Below are positions 59,473-64,000 of a stretch of 64,000 nt of DNA, piece by piece. The stretch is from Candidatus Brocadiia bacterium (GTDB lineage: Bacteria; Planctomycetota; Brocadiia; SM23-32). The translations under genes were made by a program, and so were the position numbers. The stretch lies in the NCBI GenBank assembly GCA_046538485.1, contig JBKHIT010000013.1:26271-90270 (forward strand). Direction: 5' to 3'. The stretch's first letter is position 1. Each line of letters starts with the position of its first letter. The notes below the pieces were generated by a model, which worked only from the letters and a program-made list of their open reading frames with translations, was not told the origin of the DNA and made no database searches.

Positions 59473-59910
59473 GTTTTGCTCCGAAGATCTCCTTTACCCC
59501 TGGGCTGTCAATTCTTATTGATGAATTGCGAGGTAGGGGCGCTATTTCTGAACGCTGTAGGCGTACCATCCCCAACCGAGATCCTGGGTCTGGCCCAGCG
59601 CATCGAAATCCGATCAGAGCACAGCCGCATCAATTCGCGCTCTGTAGTTTCCTTCCACTTTTTCGCGTGCATATGTCCGGTGAAAGCGGCAGGCGGGGTG
59701 GCCGGTTTGGGTGAGGCGGGGGCCGGAGCAAAAGTTGGCAGCGTAGCCATAGCTTGCTTCCCAGAGGAGCTGGTCGTCGAACAAAATTACGCTATCTCCG
59801 AAGTGCCGGGGCATCAGCGCCGAGACAAGGCTTTTCGGGCCAGTAGAGCCAGCTCACCATTGTGGCGGTGGTCCATTTGATTTCCAAAGGCCTCGGAAAT
59901 GGACAGACCG

Positions 59911-59939
59911 TTGACCCCGGAGAGTAGACAGGCTATTAT
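59911..59939 (+). promoter_or_regulatory. Sigma70-type promoter
   Basis: TTGACC-N17-TATTAT. Confidence 0.6.
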
Positions 59940-60010
59940 TGGCTTGTTTTTTAGGATTCTTGGGTTTTGAGCAAGGGAAATTTTGTTCCGGGCTGACGGA
60001 TAAATTTTCA

Positions 60011-60469
60011 ATGTGTCGACTTCGTGATTATAGACATGGCGATGAACAGAGCGTGTTTCAAATCGTGAAGGAGGTTCTTGCCGGTTACGGTCTGAGCACA
60101 AATCCCGAGGTCACCGACGCTGATCTCAAGGACATCGATCGGTTTTATATCTCCTGCGGTGGCACTTTTAAAGTGCTCGAATCTGATGGCCGGATCGTCG
60201 GATCGTACGGATTGTATCCAGAAACCGCGAGTTGCTGTGAACTGCGGAAAATGTATCTTCTGCCTGAATTTCAAGGCTGTGGTTTGGGTAAGAAGATGCT
60301 GGAGGACGCGCTCAGTGAGGCGAGGACTCTGGGATTTTCTGAGATGGCTTTGGAGACAAATTCGTGTCTGAAAAAGGCCCTTGGATTGTATAGATCGTAT
60401 GGTTTTCGGGAGTTTACGCCGGATCACTTGTCTGACAGGTGTGATATTGCGATGAAAAGGGAACTTTAG
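60011..60469 (+). CDS. GNAT-family N-acetyltransferase
   Basis: ELRKMYLLPEFQGCGLGKKML, LET...A..LY...GF. Confidence 0.9.
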   Translation: MCRLRDYRHGDEQSVFQIVKEVLAGYGLSTNPEVTDADLKDIDRFYISCGGTFKVLESDGRIVGSYGLYPETASCCELRKMYLLPEFQGCGLGKKMLEDALSEARTLGFSEMALETNSCLKKALGLYRSYGFREFTPDHLSDRCDIAMKREL

Positions 60470-60593
60470 AAATGGGAGGAGCGAAGGGAAAGCAAGGTTT
60501 TAGGCATGATGTTTTGGCGGCCTTTTGCAGAATTGGCGGTCCGAATACCGAAGTGTGGATAACAAGGAATCAGGACTTGTGAAAGGAGATGTA

Positions 60594-61144
60594 ATGGAGA
60601 AAACCAGTGGATTTTTCGCCCCTTTGTTTGACTTTTCATTCAGCGAATATGTTACTGTAAGGGTCATCAAGATCCTTTACATCCTTGCAATAGTCGTTGC
60701 TGCTATCCCGGATATTTCATGAATCCAACGATAAAATTATTCTAACGGCATCTATGGCAACAATTTAAGTGGCATTTGGGGAGCTTTTCTATTGGTACAC
60801 CCTGTACTTTGGCCCGAACAGAAAGGATTCACCCTGCGGGAGCGCCCTCAGCACTGCATCTGCTTTGTCAGGCTGCAGTTGGCGTGTGAGAACACTGCCG
60901 CCTTTGCCTTCCGCGCATATGCAGCGCTGAGGACGCTTGAAATTTCCGGGCTATAGGTGTTTTGGTATCTATTGTTACTGGATTCAGAGCATCCGCGGTG
61001 AGCGGTATTATAAGTTTGATTTTATCCCCGATTTTTTTCTTTTTATCTGTTGTTTTTGCGAGGATATACCTTGAGGTGCTCATTGTCTTTTTCCGGATAG
61101 CGGAGAATACCGGCAGATTGGTTGAGCTGAACGAAGAAGCTTGA
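60594..61144 (+). pseudogene. DUF4282-like small membrane protein interrupted by a MITE
   Basis: MEKTSGFFAPLFDFSFSEYVTVRVIKILYILAIVVAA (60594-60705) joins IGVLVSIVTGF...ARIYLEVLIVFFRIAENT (60954-61144) into one 100-aa ORF when the insert and one TA are removed. Confidence 0.85.
60706..60951. mobile_element. 246-bp MITE with 14-bp TIRs and TA target duplication
   Basis: TA|TCCCGGATATTTCA ... TGAAATTTCCGGGC|TA (12/14 match). Long internal hairpin. Confidence 0.88.
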
Positions 61145-61234
61145 TTGCGGAAAGGAGGCCGTATTCGCGTTCCAACTCCCGGGGACATCGCCATGGCTGC
61201 CTAGGAATATTCCCTGGGGAATTTGCGTTGTTTC

Positions 61235-62572
61235 ATGACCGAATCTGCTTCCATAGAAAAGAAATCTTCCAAATCAGGGTACTTCCGGCGCAATTATTAT
61301 CTCGGAGTAGCTAACGGGACGCTTGCCAAACTGGGTTTTAGTTTCATCGATCCGCATTTGGTGATGGCGGCTTTTGTCTATGAACGGACTCATTCGCCTG
61401 CTCTGGTCGGTTTGCTGTCAGCCCTGACTTTTGCTGGTGTTTTGTGGCCACAGCTGTACATAAGCAGTCTGATTGAGCATCGACCCCGCAAGAAACCGTT
61501 CTACGTTTTCATGTCGTTCCTTCGGGTGGCTATCCTTTTGGGGTTGGCCTCGTCTATTCTATTTTCTGCTCCTGGCGGCAGTTTCTGGTGGCTTATTCTG
61601 TTTTTTGTTTGCTGGTTCGCGTTCCGAAGCGCTGTTGGGGCGGCAGCGATGCCATTTCTCGATTTGGTGGGGCAAACCATTCGGCCGGAAAAACTGGGCG
61701 GTTTTTTCGCCAAGCGAAGTTTTCTCGGCGACTCGCTCAGTTCTGTGGCAGCGATATTGGTCATCAGCCCGATTATCGGACATTTTGTCTTTCCGCGTGA
61801 CTACGCAATCCTTGCTTTCATCGGCACAGCTGTGATGGCTCTTGCCTGGGGGCTTTGGAGTACGGCGGATGAAGAAGAGGATAAAAATCCGCCGGATCGG
61901 CGCGCTTTTGGACAGGTATGGCGCGATGGCTTGAGTATGTTGAAGGAGAATCGCAATTACAGGTTGCTGTTTTTTATTCGGTTGATGATGCGGGTTAATG
62001 TGTTGACGCTTGTTTTCTACGTGCCCTATGGTGTGGAACGTCTTGGGGCGATCGGGATGGCGGGGATATTTGTGATGATAATGCGAGCCAGCAAGCTTTT
62101 ATCCAGTCTTTTCTGGGGTCGGCTCAGTGATAGGAAGGGCAATCGCGTTTGCTTGATAGGAGCGGCTGTGTTGTTTGCCGCCAACCCAGTGGTTGCTCTG
62201 CTGGCCCCTCAGTTGCCGGAGTTGTTCCACATCAGTCTGCCCGTTGTAGGGACAGAATTGGATCTGCCGAAATGCGTTTATCTTCTGTCTTTGTGTCTGG
62301 TCGGTCTGGCCCTTTCGGGCAATGTGGTTGGCACAAATGCGTTTTTGCTGGAATCGGCTCCTGACGACCGGCGTCCGAGTTACATAGCATTTTTGAATAC
62401 GTGCACGTTTCCGCTTGCCTTCCTGTCGCTCATTGCCGGGGCACTGATAACTCCCCAGGGCCCGGGTCTGGAGATTTTGTTCGGCGTGGTGGTAGTCAGC
62501 GGAATGCTGACACTCATAGCCGCCGTGAAACTCAAGGCGGTGAGGGAGCCAGCCAAGGTTAATGAGGGCTAA
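61235..62572 (+). CDS. MFS transporter
   Basis: About 12 TM helices, WGRLSDRKGNR loop motif. Confidence 0.88.
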   Translation: MTESASIEKKSSKSGYFRRNYYLGVANGTLAKLGFSFIDPHLVMAAFVYERTHSPALVGLLSALTFAGVLWPQLYISSLIEHRPRKKPFYVFMSFLRVAILLGLASSILFSAPGGSFWWLILFFVCWFAFRSAVGAAAMPFLDLVGQTIRPEKLGGFFAKRSFLGDSLSSVAAILVISPIIGHFVFPRDYAILAFIGTAVMALAWGLWSTADEEEDKNPPDRRAFGQVWRDGLSMLKENRNYRLLFFIRLMMRVNVLTLVFYVPYGVERLGAIGMAGIFVMIMRASKLLSSLFWGRLSDRKGNRVCLIGAAVLFAANPVVALLAPQLPELFHISLPVVGTELDLPKCVYLLSLCLVGLALSGNVVGTNAFLLESAPDDRRPSYIAFLNTCTFPLAFLSLIAGALITPQGPGLEILFGVVVVSGMLTLIAAVKLKAVREPAKVNEG

Positions 62573-63714
62573 ACCAGTTCATTTGTCTCCGGCCAGGTGA
62601 TGCGGGCGGCCCAAATGGTGTTATCGCTTCCGTATTTTTCACAGCCCACCGGCTGCATCCATTCCGCCACGACGACCCATGTTTCCGATGGCGAGACATC
62701 TGTCACGGCAAAGTTCCCCAGTCGGGCTCCACGATTCGGAACGAGTTCACGTTCGGTGTCGCGGATAACCACGAGTTCTTCCGGGTCCACCTCGGCGATC
62801 ATCAGGGGAGCGCGATGCCGAAAAACATGGTCGTTGCCCAATCCGCGCCGGGTATAGACCAAAAACAGTCCGTTGCTGTGTGTGACCCAGTGCTGCTGGG
62901 TATTGTAATTGCCCAGCTCGGTGCCATCGTCGAACAGCCAGGGGCGAGGTGTCTCGAAATGAAGTCCGTCCTCACTGACAGCGACGTATCCACGCACGTC
63001 GTTCCTGAGCGTGAGGAAGTAACGTCCGTCGTAGTGCGTGATGGATGGTTCGGCGAAGCCACGGGGATCTTCTACAGTCATTTCCGTGCCATGTTCGAGG
63101 TGCTCCAGCTGAGATCCATCAAAGGCGCAATGCAACACCGTTGCCGAACAACACGCATCCCATTCATCCGAGATCGCTTTGAAATAGATTGGCAGGAGAA
63201 TGGTTCCGTCCTCGAGGTCAAAACGTTGTGTTGAGCCGGCCCCAGCGTTTTTGAACTGCGGGCGGTCGGGCAACTCCACTGTGCTCCAGGGCGTCCAGAT
63301 GTGTTCGGAAGAATTGTATGTCGAGTAAGCCACATCGCGTCGTCTCGCGACGATTGGATGGCTGTCGTCGCGATACCGAACGGTGTGACCTGTCGTCAGG
63401 AGCGTTTGTGTTCCGGCATGCCAGCGCGGGGTCATATCGCAGATACCGACGATCGTTCCGTCGTTTTCCTCCCGCCGCCCCAGGGTGTCCGCGTGTTCGA
63501 TCGGCCCTTCCCACGTTTTGCCAGAATCTGATGATCGCCATTCGGAGAGGGCGAAATACACATCCGAGCCGCTACGTAGAGCCGGTTGAGCGGTCAGGAC
63601 GACGGTAGGGGAATCGTCAGCCGTCCCTGGAATCGTCCCGGCCCGTGCCTGGCCCCAAAAAGTGCGACCGTCGAACCCACTTCGGACAGCGAGAAGATCA
63701 ATGTCGTAATTCAT
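62569..63714 (-). CDS. Sialidase-family / BNR-repeat beta-propeller protein
   Basis: Asp boxes SSDSGKTW and SEDGLHF. DGTILLPIY, AEPSI, RHRAPL. Confidence 0.8.
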   Translation of the reverse strand: MNYDIDLLAVRSGFDGRTFWGQARAGTIPGTADDSPTVVLTAQPALRSGSDVYFALSEWRSSDSGKTWEGPIEHADTLGRREENDGTIVGICDMTPRWHAGTQTLLTTGHTVRYRDDSHPIVARRRDVAYSTYNSSEHIWTPWSTVELPDRPQFKNAGAGSTQRFDLEDGTILLPIYFKAISDEWDACCSATVLHCAFDGSQLEHLEHGTEMTVEDPRGFAEPSITHYDGRYFLTLRNDVRGYVAVSEDGLHFETPRPWLFDDGTELGNYNTQQHWVTHSNGLFLVYTRRGLGNDHVFRHRAPLMIAEVDPEELVVIRDTERELVPNRGARLGNFAVTDVSPSETWVVVAEWMQPVGCEKYGSDNTIWAARITWPETNELV

Positions 63715-63768
63715 AAGTTTTTGAACTCCTGGACGCTATTTTGTCAAGCTCTATGTGGACGGGAGACA

Positions 63769-63797
63769 ATCCTAAAGTTCTCCTGGAGGCACGTCAA
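63769..63797 (-). promoter_or_regulatory. Sigma70-type promoter of the sialidase-like gene
   Basis: Minus-strand TTGACG-N17-TAGGAT. Confidence 0.55.
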
Positions 63798-63841
63798 GAT
63801 TTAAACGCAGTCTGTGTTGACTGAAAGGCTTTATCAGGCTA

Positions 63842-64000
63842 GGCTCTGTCTGAAAATGCGGATCTGGATTCGAGCGGCTGCATTCGCGGCCGGCTTTGTC
63901 CGCCTGTATCGGCTTATCTCCACTGGATAGGCCTGCTTCGGCGTTCGCGCCAGCCACAAATTCGCTCGCTCTCGGTCCGACGACCGCATTCTCAGACAGA
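63842..64000. mobile_element. About 160-bp MITE-like element, right end cut by the window edge
   Basis: TCTGTCTGAAAATGCGG (63845-61) ... CCGCATTCTCAGACAGA (63984-64000), 16/17 inverted match. Confidence 0.7.

Noticed and set aside
59542..59814. Minus-strand ORF with in-frame TGA (possible selenocysteine or pseudogene)
   Set aside because: No recognisable family, no redox motif and no convincing SECIS hairpin.

Overview
A GC-rich bacterial window whose gene content points to the PVC superphylum, probably a Planctomycetota-like organism (inference from a DUF1559-type prepilin-like gene, many sulfatases and a DWG-type Ser/Thr kinase). Bases 1-41.7 kb are all on the + strand and look like a sulfated-glycan degradation region. 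It holds GH31, GH38, five Cys-type sulfatases, GxGYxYP, URO-D-like, DUF3604 and DUF4838-FGE genes, two DUF6067-like proteins, and two paralogous HEAT-repeat/putative-glycosidase giants. Bases 42-51 kb are on the - strand: SNF2 helicase, ycjX, ycjF, cobU, cobT and a SASA esterase. After that come tRNA-Lys(CTT), an internally deleted IS110/IS1111-type element, a GH32-like propeller, a membrane protein, a kinase-TPR-LRR receptor, GNAT, an interrupted DUF4282 gene, MFS and a sialidase-like gene. The intergenic DNA is the most interesting part. (i) A two-copy structured element keeps a nested-pseudoknot core while its peripheral hairpins differ in sequence (candidate new ncRNA or ribozyme). (ii) The IS1111-like element has both a filled and an empty target site in the window, which lets its core and circle-junction promoter be read directly. 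(iii) A TA-flanked MITE family is present, one copy of which splits a gene. (iv) 4x9-bp GTCCCTT arrays recur after stop codons. All family calls come from motif recognition by eye; no searches were run.
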